NCBI GenBank assembly: GCA_022823465.1
Contig: JAJEHX010000032.1
Location: forward strand, 10,340-74,339
Reading direction: 5' to 3'
Origin: Candidatus Latescibacterota bacterium
GTDB lineage: Bacteria > JAAXHH01
Length of the DNA: 64,000 nucleotides
A program made the translations under genes and the position numbers. The notes under the pieces are model-generated. The model made no database searches. It had not been told where the DNA came from and saw only the letters and a program-made list of their open reading frames with translations. Shown in pieces: positions 27,960 through 38,053 of the stretch (position 1 is its first letter; each line of letters begins with the position of its first letter).

Positions 27960-29261
27960 TTACCGATCTTCTATCGGTACGTAGTGGCAGACGTCGTCAC
28001 CGGAATAAATCTGGCGGGGACGCGCGATTTTCTGGTCCGGGTCGTCCAGCATTTCCGCCCACTGTGCCAGCCAGCCTACGGTGCGGGGGATCGCGAACAG
28101 CACAGGGAACATTTCAAGCGGAAAGCCCATGGCCTGGTAGATGAGGCCCGAGTAGAAATCGACATTGGGGTAGAGTTTCCGATTGACGAAATAGTCGTCT
28201 TCGAGGGCGATGCGCTCCAGTTCCACGGCGACGTCGAGCAGGGTGTTCTTGCCGGTCACGCCCAGCACCCGGTGGGTCATCTCCTTGAGGATCCTGGCCC
28301 GCGGGTCGTAGTTCTTGTATACTCTGTGGCCGAATCCCATGAGCCGGATATCGCCCTGCTTGACCTTCTTGATGTAGTCGGGCACGCGGCTGATGTGTCC
28401 GATCTCCTGCAGCATGTGCAGCACCTGCTCGTTGGCACCGCCGTGCAGGGGGCCGTACAGCCCGGCCGCCGCGGCGGCGACGGACACATAGGGATCGGGC
28501 AGGGAACTGCCGACGCTTCGCATCGCGTTGGCACTGCAGTTCTGTTCGTGGTCCACGTGCAGGATGAACACGACGTCCAGGGCCTTTTCCAGTACGGGAT
28601 CGGGGGTGTATTGTTCCGTCATCTTGTACATCATGGACAGGAAGTTGCCGCAGTAACCCAGGCCGTTGTCCGGATAAGTGTAGGGAAAGCCCTGGCTGTG
28701 CCGGTACGCGAAGGCTGCGATGGTCGGTATCTTGGCAATGAGCCGGTGGATCTGCTCGTTTCGTATGGCGACGTCGCGTATCTTCTTGGCTTCCGGGTAG
28801 AAAGTGGACAACGCGGCGACCGTGCTGATCAGGATACCCATGGGATGGGCGTCGTACCTGAATCCGTCCATGAACTTCTTGATGTTCTCGTGGACGATCG
28901 CGTGGTGCGTGATGTCGTAGGACCATTCATCGAGCTCGGCCCTGGTCGGCAGCATGCCGTGGACGATCAGGAAGGCCACTTCGAGGAAGGAACTCTTGAC
29001 CGCCAGGTCCTCGATGGGATAGCCCCGGTATCGAAGAATGCCCTTCTCGCCGTCGATGTGGGTGATGCTGCTCCGGCAGGAGGCGGTGTTGTTGAAGGCC
29101 GGATCGTATCCAAGCAGACCGAAATCGTCCTCGGACACCTTGATCTGACGAAAGTCCGTGGTGGGGATCGCGGCGCCGTACCCGGGATAGGTCCCGTATA
29201 TGATCGGGATCTCGTACTGTTTGCCAGTCCGGTTGTCAATAACAGTCAACGTGTCAGGCAT
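27960..29261 (-). CDS. gltA: Citrate synthase
   Basis: 433 aa. Signature GFGHRVYKNYDPRA and overall GltA-like sequence. Confidence 0.95.
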   Translation of the reverse strand: MPDTLTVIDNRTGKQYEIPIIYGTYPGYGAAIPTTDFRQIKVSEDDFGLLGYDPAFNNTASCRSSITHIDGEKGILRYRGYPIEDLAVKSSFLEVAFLIVHGMLPTRAELDEWSYDITHHAIVHENIKKFMDGFRYDAHPMGILISTVAALSTFYPEAKKIRDVAIRNEQIHRLIAKIPTIAAFAYRHSQGFPYTYPDNGLGYCGNFLSMMYKMTEQYTPDPVLEKALDVVFILHVDHEQNCSANAMRSVGSSLPDPYVSVAAAAAGLYGPLHGGANEQVLHMLQEIGHISRVPDYIKKVKQGDIRLMGFGHRVYKNYDPRARILKEMTHRVLGVTGKNTLLDVAVELERIALEDDYFVNRKLYPNVDFYSGLIYQAMGFPLEMFPVLFAIPRTVGWLAQWAEMLDDPDQKIARPRQIYSGDDVCHYVPIEDR

Positions 29262-29375
29262 TCAGTACAACCTCCTGAGACAGGACGGGAAAGGCTCGGA
29301 CACCGGAATTTGCGCACCGTGAAAGCAACAACATAAATATTCGCGTCAATTTGGTCAACCCAATAATCATTTCCA

Positions 29376-30206
29376 ATGGCTATAGTTTCGATACCCGCGG
29401 GGTATTACCAGCAATTCGATGCCGATTACTCGCTTGAGACTCCCGGGCAGGGATACGGGGGCTGGCAACGATCGAAAATAAAGATCGACACCCTGCATAC
29501 CGCCTTTGTCGTCATGCATGCCTGGGATACGGGAAACCGGGAGGAACACGCGGGATGGCACCGGGCCGTCGAGTATTTCCCCAGGGCGGAAGAGATATGC
29601 CGGGAGGTATTTCCCCCGTTGCTCCAGGCGATCCGGTCAGCCGACATGACGCTGTTCCACGTAGTGGGCGGAGGATCGTACCACAGGGATCACCCCGGAT
29701 ACAGGCGCGCGGCCTTACTGGCCGGCCCCGAACCCGACGCAGTGGAACGGGTCGACAGTGACCCGGTCTACGAGGAACTGAACAGGTTTCGTGTCGAGCA
29801 CGTTTTCCCCGGCGGACACAACACCGGCGATATCGATCGGGGATTTGCACGAGTCGATTTCGCTCCCCAGGCCAGGCCGGAGCCGGAGGAGGGCGTCGCC
29901 GAAAACGGCCGGCAACTGGCCGCCCTTTGCCGGGCCCACGGCGTCAACCACCTGATCTACATGGGGTTCGCCATCAACTGGTGCCTGCTCATGTCGCCGG
30001 GGGGCATGCTGGACATGCGTCGCTACGGAGTGATCTGTTCCGCTATCCGCCAGGCCGTGACCGCGGTGGAGAACCGGGAAACCGCAAGGACGGAAGCGGG
30101 AAAGGAACTCGCGTTATGGCGGGTCGCCCTGGCGTTCGGGTTCGTGTTCGAACTGGACGATATCCTGCGGATGCTTAAGCCGCGATGCGCCAGCGCCAAA
30201 GACTAG
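29376..30206 (+). CDS. Isochorismatase/cysteine hydrolase-like protein (paralog of 26282-27091)
   Basis: Shares [13 protein letters not shown] with [13 protein letters not shown], and the same overall layout. Confidence 0.55.
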   Translation: MAIVSIPAGYYQQFDADYSLETPGQGYGGWQRSKIKIDTLHTAFVVMHAWDTGNREEHAGWHRAVEYFPRAEEICREVFPPLLQAIRSADMTLFHVVGGGSYHRDHPGYRRAALLAGPEPDAVERVDSDPVYEELNRFRVEHVFPGGHNTGDIDRGFARVDFAPQARPEPEEGVAENGRQLAALCRAHGVNHLIYMGFAINWCLLMSPGGMLDMRRYGVICSAIRQAVTAVENRETARTEAGKELALWRVALAFGFVFELDDILRMLKPRCASAKD

Positions 30207-31375
30207 GGGTCGACCCAGCGGCCGTCCGCCTTGATCAGGCCGACCAGTTCCTCGACGCCGTGTTCCTGCGGCACGCTCATCTTCACGCATTCACGCCCGC
30301 GGTAAAGCGATATGATCCCGTTCGCGCGGCCCACGTACCCGTAATCCGCATCGGCCATCTCTCCGGGGCCGTTGACGATGCATCCCATGACGGCGATGTC
30401 GAGGCCCGCGAGATGATCGGTGGCCGACTTGACCTCCGCCAGCACGTTTTCCAGGTTGAACTTGGTACGTCCGCAGGAGGGACAGGCGATAAATTCCACC
30501 TTGGTCCGGCGCAGGCCCAACGCCTGGAGGATATCGTAACATACAGGTATTTCGTTGGCCGGATCCTCCGCCAGGGATACTCGTATCGTGTCCCCCAGCC
30601 CCTCGGCCAGCAATGTGCCGATGCCCGAGGTCGACTTGACCCGGGCGTATTCGCCATCGCCGGCCTCGGTCACGCCCAGGTGCAGCGGGTAGTCCATGCC
30701 TTCTTCATCCATACGGCTGGCCATGAGCCGGTTGGCCTGTAGCATGACGGGCACGCGGGACGCCTTGAGCGACACGATCAGATTCCGGTAGTCCTGCGCC
30801 TCGCAGATGTTTATGAACTCCAGCGCGGATTCCACCATGCCCAGCGGCGTGTCCCCGTAAGTTACGGTCATGCGGTCCGACAGGGATCCGTGATTAACCC
30901 CTATACGCATCGCGATGTCCCGCTCCCGGCAGACCCTGATCACGGGCGCCAGGTCCTCCTCCACCTTCTGTCTTGCGGCTTCGAATTCCTCCGGCGTGTA
31001 CTCAATGGTATCGGACAGCCGCTGGAATACGAACAGGCCGGGGTTGATGCGCACCTTGTCGACCGACCGGGCGACTTCCTCGGCTATTCGGGTGCCCTGA
31101 TGATGCACGTCCGCAACCAGGGGCACGTCCACGCCCCTCAGAACCAGGGCATGTTTGATCTCTCGCAGGCTATGGGCGTCCGCCAACGTGGGCGTGGTCA
31201 CGCGAACGATTTCGCACCCCAGTTCGTACAATCGGATGATCGCGTCCACACAGGCTTCGACGTCCCGGGTGTTTTCCGTGATCATCGATTGCACGACGAT
31301 GGGATTCAGGCCACCGATCGTGATGTTCCCGACGCGGACTTCACGGGTTTTTCGCCGCGGATAGATCATCTCCAT
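30203..31375 (-). CDS. ispG: 4-hydroxy-3-methylbut-2-en-1-yl diphosphate synthase
   Basis: N-terminus [23 protein letters not shown] and the Fe-S motif CPSCGRT. Confidence 0.95.
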   Translation of the reverse strand: MEMIYPRRKTREVRVGNITIGGLNPIVVQSMITENTRDVEACVDAIIRLYELGCEIVRVTTPTLADAHSLREIKHALVLRGVDVPLVADVHHQGTRIAEEVARSVDKVRINPGLFVFQRLSDTIEYTPEEFEAARQKVEEDLAPVIRVCRERDIAMRIGVNHGSLSDRMTVTYGDTPLGMVESALEFINICEAQDYRNLIVSLKASRVPVMLQANRLMASRMDEEGMDYPLHLGVTEAGDGEYARVKSTSGIGTLLAEGLGDTIRVSLAEDPANEIPVCYDILQALGLRRTKVEFIACPSCGRTKFNLENVLAEVKSATDHLAGLDIAVMGCIVNGPGEMADADYGYVGRANGIISLYRGRECVKMSVPQEHGVEELVGLIKADGRWVDP

Positions 31376-31601
31376 CTGGTTAATTCCTTCATGGTCGGCA
31401 CCAGGCCGGCATCATCGTACCAGGCTGTTTTACAATGAGGACGTTCCGGTGCCGGATGTTCGCGAATCCAGTCGTACGCTTTGCCTGGACATTTCGTAAC
31501 GTACTTGCGCCCTGCCGAATGTCAATACCTTAATGCCCGGATTCCCGGCCATCAAGGCCTGTCCAAGCCGGGCGGCGGTATGGTAACGGCGCCGGTTCCG
31601 C

Positions 31602-32288
31602 TCAACGCAACGGGACGAGTCCAAGCTCAACCCTGTCCAGATCACCGGGCGTGACGCGGGGCGGATGGTTGATCTGGAAATTGGGTCCCGATATCGTCCT
31701 GGTACCGCTCACCAGCACGCGCCGGTCAAACGTCAGCGCCCGAATATGCAGGGCATGCCATTGAAACGACCGGGGCATCCGGTTCATTCGGAAGTACATC
31801 CGGCGATGTCGGTCCTGCCGGATCTCTCCACACAACGCTCCATCCCCGCTGACGAAAAAGGGCGCGGGGGCTTTGCGGGTCGCAGCCGTAATCGCCGTAT
31901 CCGGGTGAACGGCCTGAGAGGTACGCGAGGCGGGCTTGCCTGAACTCCCTTCCGAGGCGGGGGACCTTGAGGATTCTACCGCGTTCGGATGGCGTACGCT
32001 AAGCACATACCAGATCACACGGATAAGGGAATCGGGATAGGACGAGGCCTCGGATTCTTCCAGCCATCGCAGTTTGTCCCCGCAATCGAGACAGATCTCC
32101 AGATGCCTGTTCAAGGTCTCTCTCTCGCAGATGGAAAGCTCCTTCGGGTCTTCATAGAAGATCACCAGCATTTCCGACGAAGGACAGGAAGACAGCAGCG
32201 GCTCGCTGAATCTGCGCAGGAGGTCAGCGATCTGAGTACGATCTGGCAACCTGCCGACGTTGCCGCGCTCCGCAACTCGCTGATGCAT
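31602..32288 (-). CDS. Anti-sigma factor candidate with ZAS (HxxxCxxC) motif
   Basis: HLEICLDC motif. Starts 2 nt after the sigma gene stop, with AAGGAG inside the sigma 3' end. No clear TM helix. Confidence 0.55.
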   Translation of the reverse strand: MHQRVAERGNVGRLPDRTQIADLLRRFSEPLLSSCPSSEMLVIFYEDPKELSICERETLNRHLEICLDCGDKLRWLEESEASSYPDSLIRVIWYVLSVRHPNAVESSRSPASEGSSGKPASRTSQAVHPDTAITAATRKAPAPFFVSGDGALCGEIRQDRHRRMYFRMNRMPRSFQWHALHIRALTFDRRVLVSGTRTISGPNFQINHPPRVTPGDLDRVELGLVPLR

Positions 32289-32290
32289 GA

Positions 32291-33076
32291 CTACTCCTTT
32301 TTATTGGTTTTGGGACGTCGAATACCTTCACAGACGCAGTTTGTAAAGTGTTCGTAATCCCTGAATCTGCTCTGCATTTTACGTCTGAGTCGATACATGC
32401 AGTCATAAATCATCTGTCCCATGCGTTGCACGGACACCCCAAACACCTCCGCGATGTCCTCCCTGCTCAGTTCTCCTTTCAGTTCCCTGACGTACATTTT
32501 CAGGACGTCCCGGCATCTCGGGCCCGTGTAGTATTTCAAGGCTGTATGCAACAGGAATACCTGCTCTTCTTCCTCCATCACCCTGAAAAACCGGTCCGGC
32601 CTGTTGTTGGGATCGGTGTCTTCAAGCTGCAGCCCCGACTCGCTGCTCGCCGCAAACCAGTCTATGTCGACGAATTTGATGCCCCTCCCCCGGGCGACGC
32701 CGAGGCGCGAAGGCATGGCGTCAAGACACTTGATCTTCGCAATACGGGTAATATAGGTGCTCAACGCACTGCGGAATTCGAATTGTGGAAGGCTCTGCAT
32801 GACTGCGATGTATATATCATTAAGGATATCTTCCTTTTCGCCTGCCGGAATCCAGTAAGCTTTCTGGTAGACCCAGAAGTGGACCGGCTTATCCGGTGTA
32901 AAATACAGATCGTAGAGTTGGCTCTGCGCATCCGATCGACCCTGCAGACAAGCGTGTATCAGATTTATGTCCCCTGCCCTTTTTGAGTGCGTGTTCATAG
33001 TCGCAACGAGAATACCTTTCCATTGAAAGCGCCTGAATCCAAAGGACTGCCCAGGCGCAACGGGTGCATCCGGCAT
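32291..33076 (-). CDS. Sigma-70 family (ECF-like) RNA polymerase sigma factor
   Basis: Region 2-like (DILNDIYIAVMQSL) and region 4 HTH (SREDIAEVFGVSVQRMGQMIYDCMYRLRRKM). The start is uncertain; an alternative ATG lies at 32998. Confidence 0.7.
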   Translation of the reverse strand: MPDAPVAPGQSFGFRRFQWKGILVATMNTHSKRAGDINLIHACLQGRSDAQSQLYDLYFTPDKPVHFWVYQKAYWIPAGEKEDILNDIYIAVMQSLPQFEFRSALSTYITRIAKIKCLDAMPSRLGVARGRGIKFVDIDWFAASSESGLQLEDTDPNNRPDRFFRVMEEEEQVFLLHTALKYYTGPRCRDVLKMYVRELKGELSREDIAEVFGVSVQRMGQMIYDCMYRLRRKMQSRFRDYEHFTNCVCEGIRRPKTNKKE

Positions 33077-33705
33077 AGCGGGACCTCCGGGCTCGGAGTG
33101 TCCGGTAACGAAGGTTCCACCGCCCTATCGCGGTAATCGGACCGTCAGGTCAAAGCCCTGCCGGTTCCAGGATAGGGTGCCGGTAATCGACTCGTCTAAT
33201 TGGAACACTGAAATCGAAGGCTGCTTCATCCACGGCCGATGCGGACGCAACAGCGTTCTGTCTTTACTTCCTGAGGCGGTAGATGGTACACGCCTGAATG
33301 CATCGAAGGGCAGACCGGAAACCCGGGTGCTGCGTGTTCTTCGTATTGCAAAACCGGTGACAGCCCCGTGGCGCCTCATCGTGGCGGACCGGTTTCAGAT
33401 TCAGTACGGCGTATCCCGGAACAGTGAGGTGAACTGCAGATCTTTTACCCTCTGGTCGCTTTGATCAGCCGTATGTTCTGATTTGAGAAATGCTCGTGTT
33501 GGGTTGCATACTCAACTGAAAATGTACACGTGTGCAGTAACGGCGAGCATAGTTGATTTCAATTGACTTAAAGGAACAGTCGAGAAAGTGAGCGTAAATC
33601 TCGTATAAAATCTAAAATATTGACATTACATCGTGGAATTTTACCTTATCCTCTAAATCAATAACTCGTTGCAACTACGAAAGATCGTTGAACTGAGAGA
33701 CAAAC

Positions 33706-34887
33706 TTGCCCAAAGTCCCATCGTCTTATGAAAAGGGTTATGAGCAGGCCAGGTCCCTGAATCCGCAATTCGCCGACAATTACATCAGGCACACCATGAT
33801 CGGCGACGAAGACCTGGATCCGGTGATGGAAGACATGTCGGGCATGCCCCCCGGCGAGATGCACAAGTATATCCACGCCGGCCTGCACCAGGAAGAGGAC
33901 GCATTTAAAAAGGCGCCCGAATCCCTGCAACGCTACTTCCGCGAAGTCGATACGATCATTCCGGAATGGGTCGAGTTCGAAGCCTTTCGGCCCGCCGTGG
34001 TCGGATTCCACAAGAACATGCCGGAGATTCTCGTAGCCTTCGTGACCGCGGCCCTGCTGGAAGGATTCACGACGCTCATCAGCAAGTCCTTCTACCTGAC
34101 GGGGCGGGTCCATTCCGACCAGGCTACCCGTCGATTCAAGCAGAACAACCGTCACCTGCTGGAGATATTCCTGCCCGGCGGCCTCCGGCGGGAAGGGGAC
34201 GGCTACCGGCTCTCCGCCCGTATCCGGTTCGTGCACGCCATGGTGCGCCACTTGTTGAAGGACTCCGATATCTGGGATACCCAGGCATGGGGCACGCCCT
34301 TGAGCGCTGCCCATATAGCCCTGGCGGTCAGTATTTTCTCCGCGCAGATCCTGAAGCATTCGATCTCGCTGGGCGCTGTCTACACGCCGGAGGAACGAGA
34401 GAGCTTCGTAAAGGTCTTCCGCTACACCGGATATATCATGGGCGTACCGGAGAGCATTCTCATGAAGGACGAGGATGAAGCCCGGACGACCGTAGATATG
34501 GGCTTCATGTGCGAACCCCCTCCCGACGAACACTCGATCGCGAACGCGAACGCCCTGATCAAGGCCGGCCCATCCCTGTTGAATATCACGGATCCGGGCG
34601 AAGTGGCCGCCGCCCTCAAGACCCTGTACAATATCTCCCGTGCGCTGCTGGGGCACGAACTGGCCGACGCGCTGCACTACCCGAAGAGCAGGACCTTCGG
34701 AGTCCTGTTTGCCCATCGCATGAAGAACCGGATCAGCCGGGTAAAAAACCAGTTGTTGAGAACGCGGGGCCGTCAGACGAAGCTGGACAATTTCTCGCAG
34801 ATGCTCCAGCTTTCGGCTTACGACGAAGTCGGCATGAGCTACCGGATGCCCGATCGTGTCAAGGCTTCCGAATCCAGCAAATGGTAG
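33706..34887 (+). CDS. MpaB/DUF2236 family oxygenase-like protein
   Basis: 393-aa ORF with RIRFVHAMVRHLL, as recalled for DUF2236. TTG start, uncertain. Confidence 0.6.
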   Translation: MPKVPSSYEKGYEQARSLNPQFADNYIRHTMIGDEDLDPVMEDMSGMPPGEMHKYIHAGLHQEEDAFKKAPESLQRYFREVDTIIPEWVEFEAFRPAVVGFHKNMPEILVAFVTAALLEGFTTLISKSFYLTGRVHSDQATRRFKQNNRHLLEIFLPGGLRREGDGYRLSARIRFVHAMVRHLLKDSDIWDTQAWGTPLSAAHIALAVSIFSAQILKHSISLGAVYTPEERESFVKVFRYTGYIMGVPESILMKDEDEARTTVDMGFMCEPPPDEHSIANANALIKAGPSLLNITDPGEVAAALKTLYNISRALLGHELADALHYPKSRTFGVLFAHRMKNRISRVKNQLLRTRGRQTKLDNFSQMLQLSAYDEVGMSYRMPDRVKASESSKW

Positions 34888-34934
34888 CCGGGTCGATTTC
34901 CGATCAGGATTGAAAACACAGGGACTCGGACTCC

Positions 34935-37220
34935 GTGAAACTGGATCGCTACATCAACGCAATCCTGCGCCATCGCTGGCTGGTGATCTCGCTCACCTCG
35001 CTGTTCATGCTCGCCATGGCGGCCGGCGGCCGATTCATCGCCGTCTCCAATGAGCACCGCGTCATGTTCGGCGAGGGCAATCCGCAACTCGCCGCCTTCG
35101 ATGCGCTGGAGGATACATACGCCGCCTCCAATACCGCCCTGGTCGCCATCGCGCCCCGGACCGGTTCCGTCTTCACCCGCGATGGGCTGGGCGTCGTCGA
35201 AGCCCTCACAGAAGCCGCCTGGCTCGCTCCTTACTCCACCCGGGTAAACTCCCTCACGAATTACTTCCACAGCGAAGCGATGGAAGACGATCTCATCGTC
35301 GGCCCGCTCGTCGAATACGCCTCGTCGCTGGGCGATGACGACCTGGTCCGCATCGAGTCGATCGCGCTGGGTTCCCCGGAAGTGGTCGGACGGCTCGTTT
35401 CTCCCGACGGACGCGTGGCCGGACTGGCGATCAACTTCGTGATGGGCGACAATCCGGACCTGGCGGTCAAAGAGCTCACCGATTATCTGGACACGATGCT
35501 TGAGGATGCACGGGCGGAGAACCCGGAGGTGGATTTCTACCTGACCGGCGACGTGGTCATGAACCGGGCCTTCGCCGATGCCACGGAAGACGACCTTGAA
35601 ACCCTGCTGCCCATCGTTTTCGTCCTCATCGTGATCACCTCGACCATACTCATGAGGTCTATTCTGGGAACAGGCGTCATCGTCGTCATGATAGGCTTCG
35701 TGATCGCGACGACCATGGGGTTCGCAGGCTGGTTCCATACGGTTTTCAGCCCGGTGAATTCAGGGGTACCCATTATCGTCATGGCGATTTCCGTGGCCCA
35801 GGCGGTTCACATCATCACCCACGCGCTATCGGGGATAAGAGGCGGGGCGGACCGGAACGTGGCGGTGGCGGAGTCCATAAAAACCAATGCCTACCCGGTG
35901 TTCCTGGCGTCGATCACCACCGCGATCGGTTTTCTCAGCCTGAACTTCTCGGATTCGCCGCCGTTTCACATTCTCGGCAACTTCGTGGCTTTCGGGGTGA
36001 TCATCACGTTCTTCTACGCCATGACGCTCCTGCCCGCGCTGCTTTCGGTCCTTCCGCTGCGGGCCCGCGCCAGCGGTTCCCGGCAACCGGTCTTCTTCGA
36101 TCGCCTGGGCGATTTCGTCGTTTCCCGCAGGAAGCCGCTGCTCTGGTGCATCGGGTTGGTGACGGTCGTCCTGATCACCGGCGTGCCCAGGAACGTTCTG
36201 ACCGACAGCTGGCCCGACTACTTCGACGAGCGCTACGAGTTCCGGCGGGATACCGATTTCGTCATGGACAACCTGACCGGATTGCTGTCCCTGGAGTACA
36301 CGCTGGCCGCGGAGGAGGAGGGCGGGATCACCGACCCGGATTACCTTCGGCAGGTGGAGGCTTTCGCGGAATGGAACCGGAATCAGCCTGAAGTGGGCCA
36401 CGTGCAGGCCTTCTCTGACATCATGAAGCGGCTGAACAAGAACATGCACGGCGACGATCCGGCCTTTTTCCGGATTCCCGACGCCCAGGATCTTGCATCG
36501 CAGTACCTGCTGCTCTACGAATTGTCTCTGCCCTTCGGTAGCGACCTGAACGACCGGATCGACGTCTCCAAGTCCGCGACGCGCATGACGGTCGTGATTC
36601 GCGGCCGGTCGAGCCAGGACCTGCAGGACCTGGCCGGGCGGGGTGAAGCCTGGCTGCGCGAGAACGCCCCGGCCCTTGCGACCGAAGCCACGGGGCTTAG
36701 CGTGGTCTTCGCCCATATCTCCCAACGCAACATCGAATCGATGCTGCGCGGAACGGTGATCGCCATGGCGCTCATTTCGGTCATCCTGGTCCTGGTCTTC
36801 AAGAGTCTTCGCTTCGGCCTCATCAGCCTGTTGCCGAATTTCGTACCCGCGGCCATGAGCTTCGGGCTCTGGGGACACCTGGTCGGCGAAGTGGGCATCG
36901 CCGCTTCGGTGGTCATCGTCGTCGCCTTCGGCATCGTCGTGGACGATACGATCCACTTTCTCAGCAGGTACCTCAGGGCGCGCAAGGAGGACGGGCTTTC
37001 GGCGGAGGAAGCGGTGCGCGTAACCTTCCGGTCGGTGGGCAAGGCGTTGTGGACCACGACGCTGGTCCTTTCCGCGGGGTTCCTGGCCTTCGCGGGTTCC
37101 GGTTTCCAGGTGTCGTGGGCCCTCGGGCTGCTGGTCACCATCACCATCGCTTTCGCCATCATTGCCGATTTCCTGTTGCTCCCTCCCCTGCTTATGGCAC
37201 TAGACAGGAGAAAATCATGA
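34935..37220 (+). CDS. RND superfamily exporter, MMPL/HpnN-like
   Basis: 761 aa. Two 6-TM bundles, each preceded by a large soluble loop. GTG start. Confidence 0.85.
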   Translation: MKLDRYINAILRHRWLVISLTSLFMLAMAAGGRFIAVSNEHRVMFGEGNPQLAAFDALEDTYAASNTALVAIAPRTGSVFTRDGLGVVEALTEAAWLAPYSTRVNSLTNYFHSEAMEDDLIVGPLVEYASSLGDDDLVRIESIALGSPEVVGRLVSPDGRVAGLAINFVMGDNPDLAVKELTDYLDTMLEDARAENPEVDFYLTGDVVMNRAFADATEDDLETLLPIVFVLIVITSTILMRSILGTGVIVVMIGFVIATTMGFAGWFHTVFSPVNSGVPIIVMAISVAQAVHIITHALSGIRGGADRNVAVAESIKTNAYPVFLASITTAIGFLSLNFSDSPPFHILGNFVAFGVIITFFYAMTLLPALLSVLPLRARASGSRQPVFFDRLGDFVVSRRKPLLWCIGLVTVVLITGVPRNVLTDSWPDYFDERYEFRRDTDFVMDNLTGLLSLEYTLAAEEEGGITDPDYLRQVEAFAEWNRNQPEVGHVQAFSDIMKRLNKNMHGDDPAFFRIPDAQDLASQYLLLYELSLPFGSDLNDRIDVSKSATRMTVVIRGRSSQDLQDLAGRGEAWLRENAPALATEATGLSVVFAHISQRNIESMLRGTVIAMALISVILVLVFKSLRFGLISLLPNFVPAAMSFGLWGHLVGEVGIAASVVIVVAFGIVVDDTIHFLSRYLRARKEDGLSAEEAVRVTFRSVGKALWTTTLVLSAGFLAFAGSGFQVSWALGLLVTITIAFAIIADFLLLPPLLMALDRRKS

Positions 37221-38053
37221 CATTCAATATACCGGCGCGACCGGTGCGCGGACTGCGGACCGCCTGGTTCTGCCTCCTGGCGATGCTCGTTTTACCGGTT
37301 ATGCCGCCAAACGAGGCCTCGGCGGCCAATACCGAGGAAGAAAAGGGGCTGCAGATCGCCCGCGACGCCCGGCAGCAGGACGCGGGTTTCGGAAATTTCG
37401 CGGCCGGCATGACCATGGTCCTGCGCAACAAGAAGGGGCAGGAAAGCGTCCGCGAAGTACGCGTGAAGGTGCTCGAGGCGGAAAACGACGGCAATAAGAG
37501 TCTTTTCGTGTTCGACCAGCCCCGCGACGCCCGGGGCACCGCGTTGCTCATACACGGCCACAAGGACCGGCCGGATGATCAGTGGCTTTACCTGCCGGCC
37601 CTGAAGCGCGTCAAGCGCATCAGTTCCTCCAACCGTTCCGGTTCCTTCATGGGCAGCGAATTCACCTACGAGGACATGACCGTCCAGGAAGTGGAGAAAT
37701 ACACCTACCGGTACCTGCGCGACGAACCCTGCGGCGACGGCCTGGACTGCGTGGTAACCGAGCGTATCCCGTCGGAAAAGGGATCGGTCTACCGCCGCCA
37801 GTTGGTCTGGCGCGACAAGGAGGAGCTCCGCGTCTGGAAGGTGGAGTACTTCGACCGAAAGGACGCCCTTCTCAAGACGCTTACCCTGGGTGAGTACCAG
37901 CAGTATCTCGACCGCTACTGGCGGGCCGGGAGGATGGACATGGTGAACCACCTCACGGGCAAGAGCACCGACCTGGTCTGGACGGACTACCGGTTCAGGA
38001 CCGACATCGACGACCGCGACTTCACCCGGACCGGGCTGAGGCGGGTGCGTTGA
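37217..38053 (+). CDS. Outer-membrane lipoprotein-sorting (LolA-like) protein
   Basis: ATGA overlap with the RND stop, with GGAG upstream. Signal peptide ending in EASA. LolA-like accessory typical of MMPL/RND clusters. Confidence 0.65.
   Translation: MTFNIPARPVRGLRTAWFCLLAMLVLPVMPPNEASAANTEEEKGLQIARDARQQDAGFGNFAAGMTMVLRNKKGQESVREVRVKVLEAENDGNKSLFVFDQPRDARGTALLIHGHKDRPDDQWLYLPALKRVKRISSSNRSGSFMGSEFTYEDMTVQEVEKYTYRYLRDEPCGDGLDCVVTERIPSEKGSVYRRQLVWRDKEELRVWKVEYFDRKDALLKTLTLGEYQQYLDRYWRAGRMDMVNHLTGKSTDLVWTDYRFRTDIDDRDFTRTGLRRVR

Noticed and set aside
33080-33480. Possible RNase P RNA or riboswitch, suggested by strings such as GGATAGGGTGCCGGTAATCG and GAAACCCGGGTGC.
   Set aside because: The universally conserved RNase P P4 sequence (GGAAAGUCC..) and the ACAGAA..CCGGCUUA-type elements are absent. 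There are no B12-box, TPP or SRP core motifs either. Kept only as a repeat and leader observation.
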